This document shows, piece by piece, positions 1 to 14,109 of a stretch of 64,000 bases of DNA. Under the pieces are notes generated by a model. It worked only from the letters and a program-made list of their open reading frames with translations, made no database searches and was not told the origin of the DNA. The stretch is from Eledone cirrhosa (taxonomy: Eukaryota), in the NCBI GenBank assembly GCA_964016885.1, contig OZ024742.1, forward strand, positions 73,346,001 to 73,410,000. The letters run 5' to 3'. The position numbers and the translations under genes are program-made. Numbering within the stretch: position 1 is the stretch's first letter; each line of letters starts with the position of its first letter.

Positions 1-135
1 TAAAATTGACCTTGATGTATTATAAAATACAGATAGAAGTGTATATTGTCTGCAATAATATGACTTTGATATTATATATAACAATGTATGTAGCATTATA
101 TAGCAATATACTTGCAGTGTTATATAAACATATGT

Positions 136-1488
136 ATGGTTTTGTATAACAATATAGCTATAACAAATATATAGTTTTGTATAACAATATAGCTATAACA
201 AATATATGGTTTTGTATAACAATATAGCTATAACAAATATATAGTTTTGTATAACAATATAGCTATAACAAATATATAGTTTTGTATAACAATATAGCTA
301 TAACAAATATATAGTTTTGTATAACAATATAGCTATAACAAATATATAGTTTTGTATAACAATATAGCTATAACAAATATATAGTTTTGTATAACAATAT
401 AGCTATAACAAATATATGGTTTTGTATAACAATATAGCTATAACAAATATATAGTTTTGTATAACAATATAGCTATAACAAATATATGGTTTTGTATAAC
501 AATATAGCTATAACAAATATATAGTTTTGTATAACACTATAGCTATAACAAATATATAGTTTTGTATAACAATATAGCTATAACAAATATATAGTTTTGT
601 ATAACAATATAGCTATAACAAATATATAGTTTTGTATAACAATATAGCTATAACAAATATATGGTTTTGTATAACAATATAGCTATAACAAATATATAGT
701 TTTGTATAACAATATAGCTATAACAAATATATAGTTTTGTATAACAATATAGCTATAACAGATATATAGTTTTGTATAACAATATAGCTATAACAAATAT
801 ATAGTTTTGTATAACAATATAGCTATAACAAATATATAGTTTTGTATAACAATATAGCTATAACAAATATATAGTTTTGTATAACAATATAGCTATAACA
901 AATATATAGTTTTGTATAACAATATAGCTATAACAAATATATGGTTTTGTATAACAATATAGCTATAACAAATATATAGTTTTGTATAACAATATAGCTA
1001 TAACAAATATATAGTTTTGTATAACAATATAGCTATAACAAATATATAGTTTTGTATAACAATATAGCTATAACAAATATATAGTTTTGTATAACAATAT
1101 AGCTATAACAGATATATAGTTTTGTATAACAATATAGCTATAACAAATATATAGTTTTGTATAACAATATAGCTATAACAAATATATAGTTTTGTATAAC
1201 AATATAGCTATAACAAATATATAGTTTTGTATAACAATATAGCTATAACAAATATATAGTTTTGTATAACAATATAGCTATAACAGATATATAGTTTTGT
1301 ATAACAATATAGCTATAACAAATATATAGTTTTGTATAACAATATAGCTATAACAAATATATGGTTTTGTATAACAATATAGCTATAACAAATATATAGT
1401 TTTGTATAACAATATAGCTATAACAAATATATAGTTTTGTATAACAATATAGCTATAACAGATATATAGTTTTGTATAACAATATAGC
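136..1488. repeat. 35-bp minisatellite, ~38 near-identical copies (TTTGTATAACAATATAGCTATAACAAATATATAGT)
   Basis: Unit recurs every 35 bp (141, 176, 211...) with occasional A>G variants; contains palindrome TATAGCTATA. Confidence 0.97.
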
Positions 1489-1594
1489 ATATGGTATGTA
1501 TTATAGTATTGTGTACTTATATAGTTGTTGTAATATATAATATATAATATTGATGTAGTATTGTACAGTAGTATAACTGTGTGTATAACAAGTG

Positions 1595-1706
1595 AAGGCT
1601 TAGTGTTTAGAGAGTTGGATGCACAACTGTGAGGTTGTGAATTCAATTCCCGGAGCGGGCAATGCATTATGTCCTTGAGCATGACACTTTATTTCATATT
1701 GCTCCT
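1595..1706 (+). mobile_element. tRNA-derived CORE-like SINE fragment
   Basis: GGCTTAGTG A-box, ATTCAATTCC B-box-like, then CCTTGAGCA-GACACTTTATTTCA; homologous to 6578, 35360, 53620, 61519. Confidence 0.75.
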
Positions 1707-2906
1707 TCTGCCAGGAATTGCGACCGGTAGATAGTATCAGCAATTAGAAAGACCAATGGAAACATTGTTTCCTTGGTTTGATCTGATGAGTTCCAGCCCC
1801 ACATTATATAGATATGTTATAACATAATAATATATATGTATGATATTACATCATAGAGATGTGGTGCTGTGTGATGATAATAGTGATGTAGTATTGTACA
1901 GTAATATAGCTGTGTGTATAATAAGTAATGAAAAACAGCTAAGTCAATAGAGTGCTAGATAAACAATGAATCTAGATGTTAATATTCAGTGTAGGACTCA
2001 ACTGTGTCATTACCAAAGCTACTCAACTCTGAATTTACAATGAGCTGTAAAATTGTACCTTATAGAGTTACAACTCAGTGTATGAGCCAACAAGGGAATC
2101 CTTATGTTGTCACTCAACCTGTTGTTATGGCTCACACTTGCACAGGTATTGCCAGCCTCATATGAGGTTGCATCTTGTGTGTTTTTTTGGGTATATAATA
2201 TGATAGGGGGGCTACAGTCCTATTAAGTGAACATTTTTCTAGTGACAGGAGATAGGATTTGAACTCAGAATGCACAGAGTCAGATCAGATACAACAAATT
2301 TAACTCTACCAATCCATTGGCCTGGATTGGCATTTTATTTATCAATCCCAGAATGATGAGTGACAAAGTTGTCTTCAGCTGGATTTGAACTAAGAGCACA
2401 GAGAGTTAGAAGAAACTACAAAAGGCATTACTCTATATACACTATTATATTTTCATGATAAAGGCTTTACCTCACATAATATCGAATCTATGAGATTTCT
2501 ATATTATTTTGAGAACAATACCTTAACATCACTATCAGTTAAAGTCAGTTTGAGCAGAAAGAAGTGAGAGAATTCTGGCCAGATATGGCTCGTTTAAATG
2601 CTAAAGGGTTAATCCAATACTTTAATGATTGTGAAATCTACTACTTGATCTGCTTAAATAACAGTGAAATCTTACCATACTATCTTTATATAAATAAAGA
2701 CACATTGGATGCACAATTCTTGAAAATAAGATTGGGATGGTCATGGCTATATTGCTTTTGATCATACATCTGTTTCATCAACATAGAATAAACAGACATA
2801 AATCAAGCAAGTGTTTTCTTATATAACCTCAGGCTGATTAATGCTTTGTAAGTGAATTAGGTAGATTGTATGAAGTCCATCATGTGTGTGTGTGTGTGTG
2901 TGTGTG

Positions 2907-2945
<39 letters not shown>

Positions 2946-3309
2946 GCCTCTTCATATTCAATATTAGTATCAAAAGCAGTGACATTTGTTTATATTCTGC
3001 ATAAAGAGAAGTCAGCTGCTCAGCAATTAGACATGTCTCATTCAATCCATACCAACATGGAAAAAAATGTATGTGAAACTGATAATGATGGTAAGTGTAT
3101 TTCATATTACTACAACTACAATACTGCCACTGTGGTCAACACTGACAGTATCCTACTTGTTTTGGTCATTAGACACTGGCTATACTGGGTCACCACTTTG
3201 ATTTAGTTGATCCAGCAGTAATTTTATCAATCATTTTTGTTGAACTGCTACGTTAAGGGACATAAATACAGACACAAACATAAACAGAAACACAGGCACA
3301 CACACACGT

Positions 3310-3340
<31 letters not shown>

Positions 3341-3389
3341 CCCCCCCCCCCACACACACACGTACACACATACACACATACATACATCC

Positions 3390-3553
3390 ATATATATGAC
3401 AGGCTTCTGCAGTTTCTGTCTACCAAATTCCACAAGTCATTGATTAGCCTAAGGCTATGGTAAAAAACACTTGCCCAAGCTGCTGTGCAGTAGGATTGAG
3501 CCCAGAACCAAATGGTTATAAAGCAAACTCTTTAACCACCCAGCTATGCCTGT
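3390..3553 (-). mobile_element. tRNA-derived SINE (second family, ends in (TA)n/(TG)n)
   Basis: Minus strand reads GGCATAGCTGGGTGGTTAAAGAG...CTTGGGCAAGTG; related copies at 11530-11695, 49195-49340, 61915-62030. Confidence 0.7.
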
Positions 3554-3749
3554 CTCTACAGTTGCAAAATTGATAAGAGTTTCATTACCTAAAGATGCTA
3601 AATTCAAGTCTTTCTGTAGGTAACTGTTGGATTGGTGGTAGACTACAAATATCTTACATAAAGAAAAGGCTATCAGTGCTGACTCAATAATCCAACTGGG
3701 AGTAGAGATGTAATCTTAGGCTTTAGTAGATATGTTCTAGTTGGTGATG

Positions 3750-4075
3750 TGAAGGTACGTGGCTTAATGGATAGAGCATTGGGCTCAAAATCAGGAGGTT
3801 GTGAGTTTGATTCCTGGACAAGGCAGTGTATACATTGTGTCTTTCAGCAAAAGACTTTGTTTCCCATTGCTCCAATTCACTCAGCTAGAAAAAATGAGTT
3901 GTCACTGTATTGGCCTTTGCCTTTCCCTTGGACAACATTGTTGGCTGAGAGAGGGGAAACTGGTTTGCATGGCTAGCGGCTGGTTTTCAATAAAAACTCT
4001 TTGCCTGGTCTAATGCCTCGGAGAGGAACTTTCTAGGAGGAAACCCATGGTCATTTATGATTGAAGGGGGCCTAT
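3750..4075 (+). mobile_element. tRNA/CORE-like SINE, long variant
   Basis: Head GGCTTAATGGATAGAG...GAGTTTGATTCC; body matches 61519-61805 through GGTCATT(T/C)AT(G/A)ATTGAAGGGG. Confidence 0.7.
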
Positions 4076-5214
4076 TGTAGTTTCTGTTTAACTCTAGATT
4101 AGGACCAATCGAGTAGACTAGGGCTGGATGAGCAATTAAGCAAAAATAAGCACATACTTAGGGCATCGAGAGAAGAGAAGCACCATTTTATTCAAATTAT
4201 ATGTATTTGTCATTCCAAAAAAATACTTTTTTGCAGACTTTATATAATGGTGGAGGAAGTGGTGATATGGGAAAGGGTGGAGTGGGGGTGGGGTAGACAC
4301 AACATAATTGCAAAAGGACTTAATTTGGCCTTGCAGCAAAACCGTTATCAAACACAATCCAGCTATGAACATACTATATCTAAGACTTCATTATCTAATA
4401 TGACATTCAATTTTTCATTATGGTGTAACGATTTGAGGGAAATTTGGCAACTATTTCTAGCTGGTTGAACAATTGAATATAAACTTCTTTATTGGTTTGC
4501 TGGAGATTTTGATGAGGATGGTGGTGGTTGTAATATAGATAATGGTGATATTCTTCACAAAGATGACAATAATTGCAGTTGCAGTGGAAATAATGGTGGT
4601 GGTGGCGGTAAAGATGGTGGTGGTGACAACAATGAAGAAGGAGAAGAGCATGAGAAGGAGGAGGGGGATGGGGAGGAGGAGGAGGTTAGTTGTAGTGTAG
4701 ATAAATGTAATAAATCTAATAGTGAGGATTTCCTTGATGATGGTGATAATTATAGTGTTGATGATAGTGATGACGAGAATGTGATGGTTGCACACAAGAT
4801 AATGATGATAGTAATGACGATGCTGACGATGACGATAATAATAATTAAATAGAAGGGAAATAGATGAGGGATATGAAATGTGCCAAAGTTCTAGAAAACA
4901 AGGTACTGTTTTCCTCCTGACCCTACAGCCCTCATTACATCCCAACCCCAAACAATAACATCAAGCTCCACTCAACCATGAACAATTTACAAAATCAGAT
5001 TTCTAAATATCTTTATTCTTCTCCAAATAAAATTTATTTGCTGATAATTATTTTTTTCCTTTTTGCTTTAGAAAATTTCTATTCTTAAACAGAAAAATAC
5101 AATTTATATGATGAAGGAAAATTATTTATTCTGGCAATTTCTGTGGAACTTTTCACTGGAATCAATGTCTTTTAGCACAGAAAGCATTTCATTGCGATAA
5201 ATGAATTTTATAGC

Positions 5215-5690
5215 AGTCACTATGGGAACAATTTTAATGTCACTATGGTTACTGCTTCTAATGTCTCCATGGCAACAAAATTTAAAGCTCTTTGCTAGCA
5301 ATTTATGCTGTTGCCATAGTAACAGCTCGACACTCTCCATAGCAACAACACCCAATTCTCTATGGCAACAATTTTTACTGATGTCATGGTAACAAGTCTA
5401 CAGTCTCCGTAGCAACAGCTTTCTATTGTCTGCGACAACAATTTTTACTGTTGTCGTGGCAACAGCTCTACAGTCTCCGTGGCAACAACTCCTAATTCAC
5501 TGAGGCAATCACTCTAATGTTGCTATAGTGACAGGTCTAAATCTCCATGGCAACAGCATCAATACAATTATAACATTGCCATAGAAACAGCTTTACAGTC
5601 TCTATGGAATCCATTCTATCTCTATGGTAACTGTTCTATATTGTCTAATAGTGCCATAGCAACAATTCTAAATAATTTTCCCTAGAAACA
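5215..5690. repeat. Degenerate repeat cluster of CCAT(A/G)GCAAC-type motifs
   Basis: Many variants of (gtt/tct)ccatggcaac at roughly 20-25 bp spacing. Confidence 0.7.
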
Positions 5691-5846
5691 ATCTAAAATA
5701 GTTAGTCTGTGTGTGTATGTGTAAGAGAGAGAGAGAGAGAGAGAGTGTGTAGGTATGTGTCTGGTTATTTGTGTGTGTACATATAAGAGAGTGAGTGGAG
5801 GTATGTGTTTGGGTATTTGTGTGTGTACGTGTAAAAGAAAGAGAGA

Positions 5847-6322
5847 CTAGAGGTCCTCCTGTTGGGTAAGTTGTGGATAGTCTCTCTTCCTCCCATCCAT
5901 CAATCTCTCATAGTAACATTTACAGGCCTCTTTCTTTTGGCCATCAGTGGTGCTAAGTGAACCAGCATCATTTCTTATAGATTTTCCCCCAATATCATCT
6001 TGTACTAACAAACTGCCTTGCAATGTGGAACACTTCATGTTTCTGGTCCTCATGTCTCAAGACATTGGCAAACTTTCTTTTTTCAGCCTCTCTCTGAGCT
6101 GTGTATATGTTATCTAGCTTCTCTCTTCGTTACCTAATACTAGTCTCTGCTACCCCAATTTTCCAGTCTTTCCATGCCTGTCTCTTGGCTTTAGTGGCTC
6201 TATCCATTGTGCTGTTCCACTACCAGGTCCCCCTCTGTCTGGCTGGTGCTTTACTCCAGCCATAGGTCTCTTCAGTAGTTTGCAAATGGTTGTCATGTAG
6301 GAATTTCTAGTTGTCTTTTATG
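5847..6322 (-). mobile_element. Decayed RTE LINE fragment (region upstream of RT)
   Basis: KKEACKCYYERL and WNS motifs align with the ORF at 37876-38420. Confidence 0.8.
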
Positions 6323-6577
6323 TTATATGTACCTAGCTCGTCTGTGTGTGTATATGTGTGTGTTTGTTTCTGTATGCGTGTGTATCTCTGTGTGTATGTA
6401 TGTGTGTGTGTGTATGTGTGTTTGTGTGTATGTGTATGTGTGTGTGTCTGCATGTATGTCTAAGTGTGTGTGTGTTGGTGTGTCCTTATCATTGTTTATA
6501 TTTACTATTTGTTTATGTGAGTCACAACAGCAGCAGCATACCATATATGTGAACAGTGTTGCTAATGCATAAAGTTG

Positions 6578-6840
6578 CATGGCTTAGTGGTTAGGGCATT
6601 CAGCTCACTTCTGTTGTGTCCTTAAACAAGACACTTTGTTTCATGTTGCTCCAGTCCACTCAGCTGACAAATATGAGTTGTACCTGTAATTCAAAAGGGG
6701 CCAGCATTGTCAGTCACTGTGCCATGCTGAGTCTCTCTGAGAACTACATTAACAGTGCATGAATCTTTAGAATGCTCAGCCACTTGCACATTCATTTCTT
6801 GAGCAGGTTGTTCTGTTATTCAAACAATGGAAACATTCGT
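6578..6840 (+). mobile_element. tRNA/CORE-like SINE
   Basis: CATGGCTTAGTGGTTAGGGCATT head; CCTTAAACAAGACACTTT...GCTCCAGTCCACTCAGCTG body. Confidence 0.7.
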
Positions 6841-7349
6841 CATAAGAAGTTACAGCAGCCCAATTGCCAATGTGGGTCATACCTGAGCTTTGTGGAGGAT
6901 CAGGGCTCAACTGTTTTATTTTTACCTTGACAAGGAATCCTACTTTTGCCAACATTTTATATGTATATGTGGGATGGGGGCATTAAACATAGCAAAATGT
7001 AAAGCCTGGTATTTGTAGGGTTTTAGTTTTAAACAAAAACTACTAAAGGAGCCAACCAGTTTTATATTAGAGATTTGAACTAAATGTAGGATGAGATAGA
7101 GGAAGAGAAAGACAAAAAAGATGGTAGTAGATATAAGCTAGGAAGAAGACAGACATTATAGTAGTTTATGGGTGTTTTTAGCAAACTACATTTTCTAGTT
7201 TCAGAATACTTCCCTTCCTCCCACCAGTCTCTGAGATTCTGAAAAAGGCCCTTTCTTCCCTCACAGACAGTAAAAAAAAAAAGAAGAAAAAAACAAAAAA
7301 CAAAGATAGATTAGAGAATATATTATAATGACCATAAATGTCTTCTAAT

Positions 7350-7690
7350 TCATGTATCAACACTCACAGATGACAATATATCTACCAAGGAAATGGAGAA
7401 ACTATCCAAATATAAAGATCTAGAGATAGAAATAACTGAATATGGATGATGAAAACAGAAACAACACCTATAATAATGGGTGCTCTGGGAATAATAAAAG
7501 ACACACACAGATACATAACCAAAACTCCTGGTCTTAAAAATATATACAGCATAGAAAAAATAGGCATTGTTTAGTTCACATATTACAAAGAGTACTCTCA
7601 ATACAATGAAAAAACACCATAAAAAAAATCACATTGTACATAAATAACTAAGGCACACAGAGCTGCACTGGGCAATGCAGTGACAATGCA
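7350..7690 (+). mobile_element. R4/Dong-like non-LTR element 3' fragment (restriction-like endonuclease C-terminus)
   Basis: Translates (one frameshift) as KEMEKLSKYKDLEIEI..WMMKTETTPIIMGALGIIK, the KxxKY..W..PxxxGALG pattern of REL-type LINEs. Confidence 0.7.
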
Positions 7691-8164
7691 CACCACCACC
7701 ACAACAACAACAACAACACAATTGGTATACATAAAAGTACATATTGCTGCTGAAATGTTATCTTTAAGATAGCATGTTAGCACAAGTATATACATCATAA
7801 TTTTGGAGACACAAAAGCAAGGCATCTAATTTGAAAGATAACTGAAACAATGGTGAGTGAAGGAGAAGACTAGCAGTTGTATATTAGATATTTGAACTAA
7901 ATGTAGGATGAGATAGAGGAAGAGAAATAAGATAGGAAAAAGACAGACATTATAGTAGTTTATGACTAATTCAGTATTTGATAAAAATGTGTTAGAGAAT
8001 TTTTTTGAATAGCATTACATAGAGACAACAGATCAGGATAGAACTGGTTTCAGTTACTCCTAAAGTAGATAATATTAGTTGTAATTTCGCTTTTATATTA
8101 TTTATATACAATAAACTTTGACCTTTACTGCTTTCAAGTTTATTATAGCCACCGATTAAATATT

Positions 8165-8430
8165 GATTTCTGATATAGGCACAAGGCCTTGAATTTGAAG
8201 GATGGGTGGACTCAATTAAATCAACAGCAGTACTTGATTGGTACTTTGTTTTATTAATCCTGTAAGGATGAAAGGCAAAGTTGATCTCAGTGAGATTTGA
8301 ACACAGAATGTAAAGGGTTTGTAACTCAATAATGGCTTCTGATTTAGGCACAAGGCCAACGATTTTTTGCGAGAGGAAAGTTGATTAAATCGACCCAGTG
8401 CATTACTGGTACTTTATTTTATTGACCCCG
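8165..8430 (-). mobile_element. Two adjacent decayed copies of the GCCTTTCATCC/ATAAAGTACCAG SINE family
   Basis: GGCACAAGGCC, CTGGTACTTTATTTTAT and GGATGAAAGGCAAAGTT match 23070-23250 and 49445-50390. Confidence 0.7.
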
Positions 8431-9309
8431 ATGTAACTGAATAATGCAAGGTATTTTCTCTGGCTCTCTACTATTACTGAAATTATATCAACCCCAATAA
8501 TAGAGAAATTCAGCATGACACAGTGCATGACAATGCTGGTCCTTTGAATTACAGGTTCAGTCAATCTGACGAGATATCAAACAGTTTGGGTCAACCTGAG
8601 GATATGGTGACACTTGCACAAGATGTTACAGGACCTATAAAAGAACAACAGGTCTGCAAATGAATTCAAACTATGGTCCACAACTCTACCAATTACATTA
8701 CAAACTCCATGATCTATCAAGTAAAAATACATGTACTAAACAGTAGTATATACATAAACAAGACTGTTATTGCTCCAATCAGTCCACAGACATTCAGCAA
8801 ACACCCTAAATCAAATGCCAACCCGTACCTATGATTCCTGTCAAACCAAACTGTATTCACCTCCCAATTTGGCAAATCAAACATGGACCACCCATCCTCC
8901 CAAACACGGCTTATGCAACTGGACCGCAATAGCCACCTAATGGGGAAGAGAGACGTTATCAAGCTGCAACTGTCATATTATGTAGTTTCTGTCTCAAGCC
9001 CAGAAGCTCACCAGACCAAAGCTTATCCTGGTTCGATTGGCATTAAGTAACTGACTGTAAAAGACAGGAAGCCAGTCAACTGTACGATTAACTCCCAGCT
9101 AATGCAGGCATTCATTTCTTTTTTTTTTTTTTTTCAAATGAGTGAACTGAAGTAATGTTAAATGAAGTGTCTTATTCAAGGACATGTGTTGTTCACTCTA
9201 GACATCAAACCTTATAATTGTCAATCCCACACCCTAACAAGTAAGCAACATGCACTCTCTAAACTCCATGATGATCCTCTCCCATATTGTAGTGAGCATT
9301 TCATATATT

Positions 9310-9585
9310 TATTTGGTGGTGTTATGGTGGTAGTGGTTGTGGTGATGGTGTTGGTGATGGTGGGGTGGTGTGGTTATAGAGGTGGTGATGGCGGTGGCAT
9401 TGTTGGTGATGGTGGTGGTGTTGGTGTCGTTGTTGGTGGTGATGGTAGTGGTTGTGGTTATGGTAATGATGATGGTAACGATAGCAGTGGTGGTGGTTGT
9501 GATGGTGATAGTGGAGGTGGTGGTGATGATGGTGAAAGTGATGATGATGGTGGTGGTGCTGCTGATGGTGGTGGTCGTAATGGTT
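9310..9585. repeat. (GGT/GAT)n low-complexity tract
   Basis: Visible trinucleotide mosaic; explains poly-G/V/H/T ORFs. Confidence 0.95.
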
Positions 9586-11069
9586 AATATGTGAGAATAC
9601 TTGCTGCAACTCCCCACCTCTTCTATTCTATCATCAGTATCACTCCTGACATCTTTATATTTTCTCTTCACACAAATCTACCACTATCAAACCTATCAAA
9701 CCTACCCCTCTCTCCTACACCACCACCACCACCACCATCAAGCCTACCTTTCTTTCCTACACGCGCTCACACTCTACACACATCTTCATTGTATATATTT
9801 GCACCTATCTCTCTCTCTCTCTTGCCTTCACACTTATCTCCCATCCATGTCTTATGTCTCTCTAGAACCATCTTTTCAAATCTCCTTAATCATATCTCTA
9901 CCCCTTCATCTAGTCCCTTTTAGTTCCCTCTATTTCCCATTTCACAACTACTCCATCTTGCTATTCCACAACAATATCGATCTTAACATTCCCCACCCTC
10001 AATCTCAATCAACCTACTTTGGATGTGTTATCATCTCAGTCTTGGATTAAAACTATTTCAGTTGATACAAAGTCTTGATTTACTTTGGTTAACTCTTTTA
10101 TTACCACATTTTTAATAAAAGACACTTCTCATGATTTCCAAATAATTTTGAAAATGATCAAGAATTTGAATAACTAACTTTCTTATTGTTTATCTGGTGT
10201 TTGGAACATAACTTAACAGAACTGTAATAGAAGTATAATGGAAGGTCTTCTTCTTTTTCTTTTTCTTTTTCTTCTTCTTCTTCTTCTTCTCGAAGGTGAA
10301 AGGTGAAGCATCCCTTTTTGCTATTTCCAATGGCTAAAATATATGCAGCTTCCCTGCATACTCATAGATTTCAATACTAACTGGAGCAGTTGTGCCAACC
10401 CATTGTCGAATTAATAGTCAATCATCTGCGAAGACACTAGTGTTCACGACGCCAAGGTCATTAATTAAACTAATGATCATCGCATGAGCTACTGCTTACT
10501 ATGAGACGAGTAGGATTTTTATTGAGGCTTACTCATCTAGATCTGACCTGTTCTGCTAGACTATCCTATGATAGCCATATCAGAGGCACCTCGTGTGGTA
10601 TGTGGCTTTTGCCCGGTTTTCGAACTGAGAGAGACTAGGGATCTTAGCTTGAATGAGCATATATTATGTGTCAACAGTTCGCTGAGTAGCATGTCGAAGA
10701 GACACTGGGACACCACAAAAGGCTGTCCTGTACCAACCAGTGAAATCAACTACAGCTCTGTACAATCTTAAATTAACCTACTATTGGATGGTTTTTTACT
10801 CACATGAGTTCCTCCAGCCTTTGTCAAGTTTTGTCTTTTTATCTTGCAGGGTGTCCAAAATCACCCTCCTCACCAAACAAACTTGGTGGGGTTGCCAGTT
10901 TAGTTGCCAACGACCTGACCATGTGACAGGTTGTTACCAATAGCACTCAGGTGTGACATGACTATCATAGTCAGGAAGGATTTTAGATAAATATAAATAT
11001 CTAAAAACAAACAATTTTGTATATGATGCAGGGGTGGTTTCAGATGGTTTGTTATCAAAAGTGTTAAGG

Positions 11070-11340
11070 CATTAACTACGGTAAATATGTTAGGTTTACT
11101 AGGATTACTGCAATTAAAGAATTAACTACAGTAAATATGTTAGGTTGACTGGAATTATGGTAGTTAACTCTTTAACCATAGTAAATACCTAAGTTAGGTT
11201 TACACAATTTACTCTGGTTAACTTTTTAACCACAGTAAATATGTTGGATTTGTATGATTTACTGTGGTTAAAATGTTTATCACAGTAAATCCTTTGGATT
11301 TACCTGATTTATTGTGGTTACTCTTTTACTATGGTCATGT
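11070..11340. repeat. Degenerate ~40-bp minisatellite (AACTACAGTAAATATGTTAGGTTTACT...)
   Basis: About 6 diverged units. Confidence 0.7.
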
Positions 11341-11529
11341 AGTGGCACCACATAGAAGGGCTTTAGTTGATCATTTTGACTTCTGTACTTATTTTCAAAC
11401 TGCTAAGTTACAGGTCATAAACAAACAATAAACATAAACACAGACACAAATACACAGGCATGCACACACACACTCCCACACACAGATACACACACACACA
11501 CACACATAAATACATACACAAATATATGT

Positions 11530-11695
11530 ATATATATGGCAGGCATCCACACAGCTTCCATGAACCAGATTTCACTCACAAGCTATTAGTCAACCTAAGT
11601 CTATTGTACAAATCATTTGCCCAATGTGCCATGCAGTGAAACTGGACCCAAAACCACTTGGTTGTAAAGTGAACTTATTAACCACACAGCATGCA
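11530..11695 (-). mobile_element. tRNA-derived SINE (family of 3390-3553)
   Basis: TTGCCCAATGTGCCATGCAGTG...TTAACCACACAGC matches that family. Confidence 0.65.
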
Positions 11696-12089
11696 CCTAA
11701 GGACTTAACCTCAATGAAAAGTGTTAAATAGTAGATAAAGCATTCAACATGTTCCTTTCACATACCTAATTTTATTCCAACCAGTGGTTGGCACACTGAA
11801 AGCTTGTAACTAACTAAGCTCACTAAGTATGATATTAAATAGAAAATATTTTTAAGCCCAGGTCCACTTTAATGAAACCTGCCTATGATCAAAAGCATTC
11901 CAGTCAATGACTATGATGGCTTTTGAAACTACATAATAATCCTTTTGTTATTTAAGACTGTGTAGTATAATTTCAGGAAGATTTTGCTACTATTTTTGGC
12001 AGGTCAATCATACATATTGAGGATCCCCCTTTATGTCAGCATAGGAGAAAATGATGACATGTAGTTAGATTAAAAAATAAAAACTTGTT

Positions 12090-12372
12090 TGCACCAAGTT
12101 GTGAAAAAGTAGACATGGTGAGACTAAGAGGTTGGTACCAAGTTGTGAAATAGTAGAATTGGTGAGACTAAGAATTTAGTACCAAGTTGTGAAATAGTAG
12201 AATTGGTGATGTTAAGGGGTTGGTACCAAGTTGTGAAATAATAAAATTTGTGATGTTAAGAGGTTGGTACTAAGTTGTGAAATAGTAGAATTGGTGAGAC
12301 TAAGAGGTTAGTACCAAGTTGTGAAATAATAGAATTGGTGAGACTAAGAGGTTAGTACGAAGTTGTGAAAAA
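12090..12372. repeat. 44-bp minisatellite, ~6.5 copies
   Basis: ACCAAGTTGTGAAATAGTAGAATTGGTGAGACTAAGAGG unit with 44-bp period. Confidence 0.9.
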
Positions 12373-12959
12373 GAGACCTGGAAGATATCAGATATTGATA
12401 GAGAATCAGTGAGTAGTAAATTCAATGTCAGTCAGAAAATAAAGCAACATGATAGTAAGATGATAACAGGATAAAAACTGATTAAATATTAGAATATTAA
12501 GTTCACTAGCATTTACATATACATTCTAAGCAGCTAGCTGAGAAAGTAAGAGGTTTGGCTCACTGTTACATATGTCCAAGAAGTGATTAGTGAGGGTCTC
12601 CATGAATGAAAGCCAAAGTGGGATGGAGAAACATAATAAAGAAAGGGAGAGCCATGAAGATAGGCTTAAGGTCTGTAGAGAAAGACCTAGCAGACATGGG
12701 CCTGGCCAAGGAGGAGACCCATGAGAGGATTTGTTACTATGTGGATTGGGGATTTTTGCTGACCAATGTTCCATAGAGAGAGGTGGGAATGGGTGAGGAA
12801 GAGAAGAAGAAGAAAAGAAGGAGGAGAGGGGGAAGAAGAAGAAGAAGAAGAAGAAGAAGAAGAAGAAGAAGAAGAAGAAGAAGAAGAAGAAGAAATATTC
12901 TAACTGCTTCTAAGCTGGGAGAAAGTGAGTTGCAATCTATCAGCTCAGGGACAAACTGA

Positions 12960-13290
12960 CCATATACCAAGAGGAATCACCAAAGTTTGGCCTTCAGATG
13001 AGCTGGGCAAAGACCAAGTAATGCATCTCAGCGATGGCTTGGACCCTACCCCACTTCATATTGGCCCTGAAGTCGGGGAGTTTGTTAGCTCCTTCATTTA
13101 CCTGGGCTCCACAGTCACCAATAATGAAGACCTGATCCCAGATATCAACCGCAGATGTGGCCTGGCCGCCGGGGACATGCACTCCCTATGGCAGTGCCTT
13201 TGGCGCCACTGCTCTATCTCCTGGAAGATGAAGCTCCGTATCTACATGTTGGTCTTCTCCATTCTCCTCTATGGGATCGCTGACCTAGGA
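12960..13290 (+). mobile_element. RTE-like LINE fragment (RT motif 7/thumb)
   Basis: VSSFIYLGSTVT...DINRRCGLA...LWRHCSISWKMKLRIY. Confidence 0.8.
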
Positions 13291-13733
13291 TGACCCCAGT
13301 ACCATTGAGTAAGAGCAATGAAGAAGTATTATATATAGTATACTATATGATATATAGCAATCTATATGATATATAGTATAGTATATGATATATAGTACAC
13401 AATATGATATATAGTATACTATTTTATAGTATTATTAATAGTATACTATAGTATATTATAGTATATATCAAACTATATGATAACAAATTATTACAGGAGA
13501 GAAAGATTATATTCCTGCCAAAGAAATAAATTTAGATACTTCATTTGTTCCCAAGACTTCTGTAGAATCAATACATCTTTAATACATTTGCCAGACTCCA
13601 ATATTAAGTTCCAATGTTTATGTGCAAAACTTTCAGCAGTTTTTGTCAGATTTTCTGAACTATGACAAGTTTATCTCCACTAGTTTTTATTTTCCCTCCA
13701 AACAAAAGCTTCCTTCATTTTTTTTTTTTTTAC

Positions 13734-14065
13734 CATGAAAATTTGTTTGGGATATTAGGAAGTTAATATGAAGAAGGTTCAAATTTTTCTCATTTCTGCT
13801 GTGAATCATTTCTATATTATTTCTATTTGATGCTACAAAATGTTGAAGCCGTATATTTGGAGGAATAAATACAGCACCATTTATATTGTTGTTGGTGTTG
13901 TATTTAATAGAAAATAACATATTTTCAACAGTTTTGGTTATTATTTTTGGCCCCTGTTTGATACAGGAAGAAGATGGATCAATCTCAACAACAGAAGTTA
14001 CAGTGAGAATTGCATGGAAGAATTCCTGGGAACTGAGTGGCATACTAACAATTAGGGCACTGTTT
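13734..14065 (-). CDS. Candidate coding exon of an unidentified host gene
   Basis: Non-repetitive 110-codon open frame between acceptor CCCTTTCCCCTCAGTTTCAG and donor G|GTAAAA; no recognisable homology. Confidence 0.3.
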
Positions 14066-14109
14066 CTGAAACTGAGGGGAAAGGGTCTATGTTGCATGTC
14101 TAAAAAGTG

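Noticed and set aside
136-1488. CRISPR-like array
   Set aside because: Units are contiguous with no unique spacers; eukaryotic minisatellite.
10293-10975. Possible exon or element with strong acceptor at ~10849
   Set aside because: No sustained ORF or recognisable motif; likely an unclassified repeat, cannot be supported.
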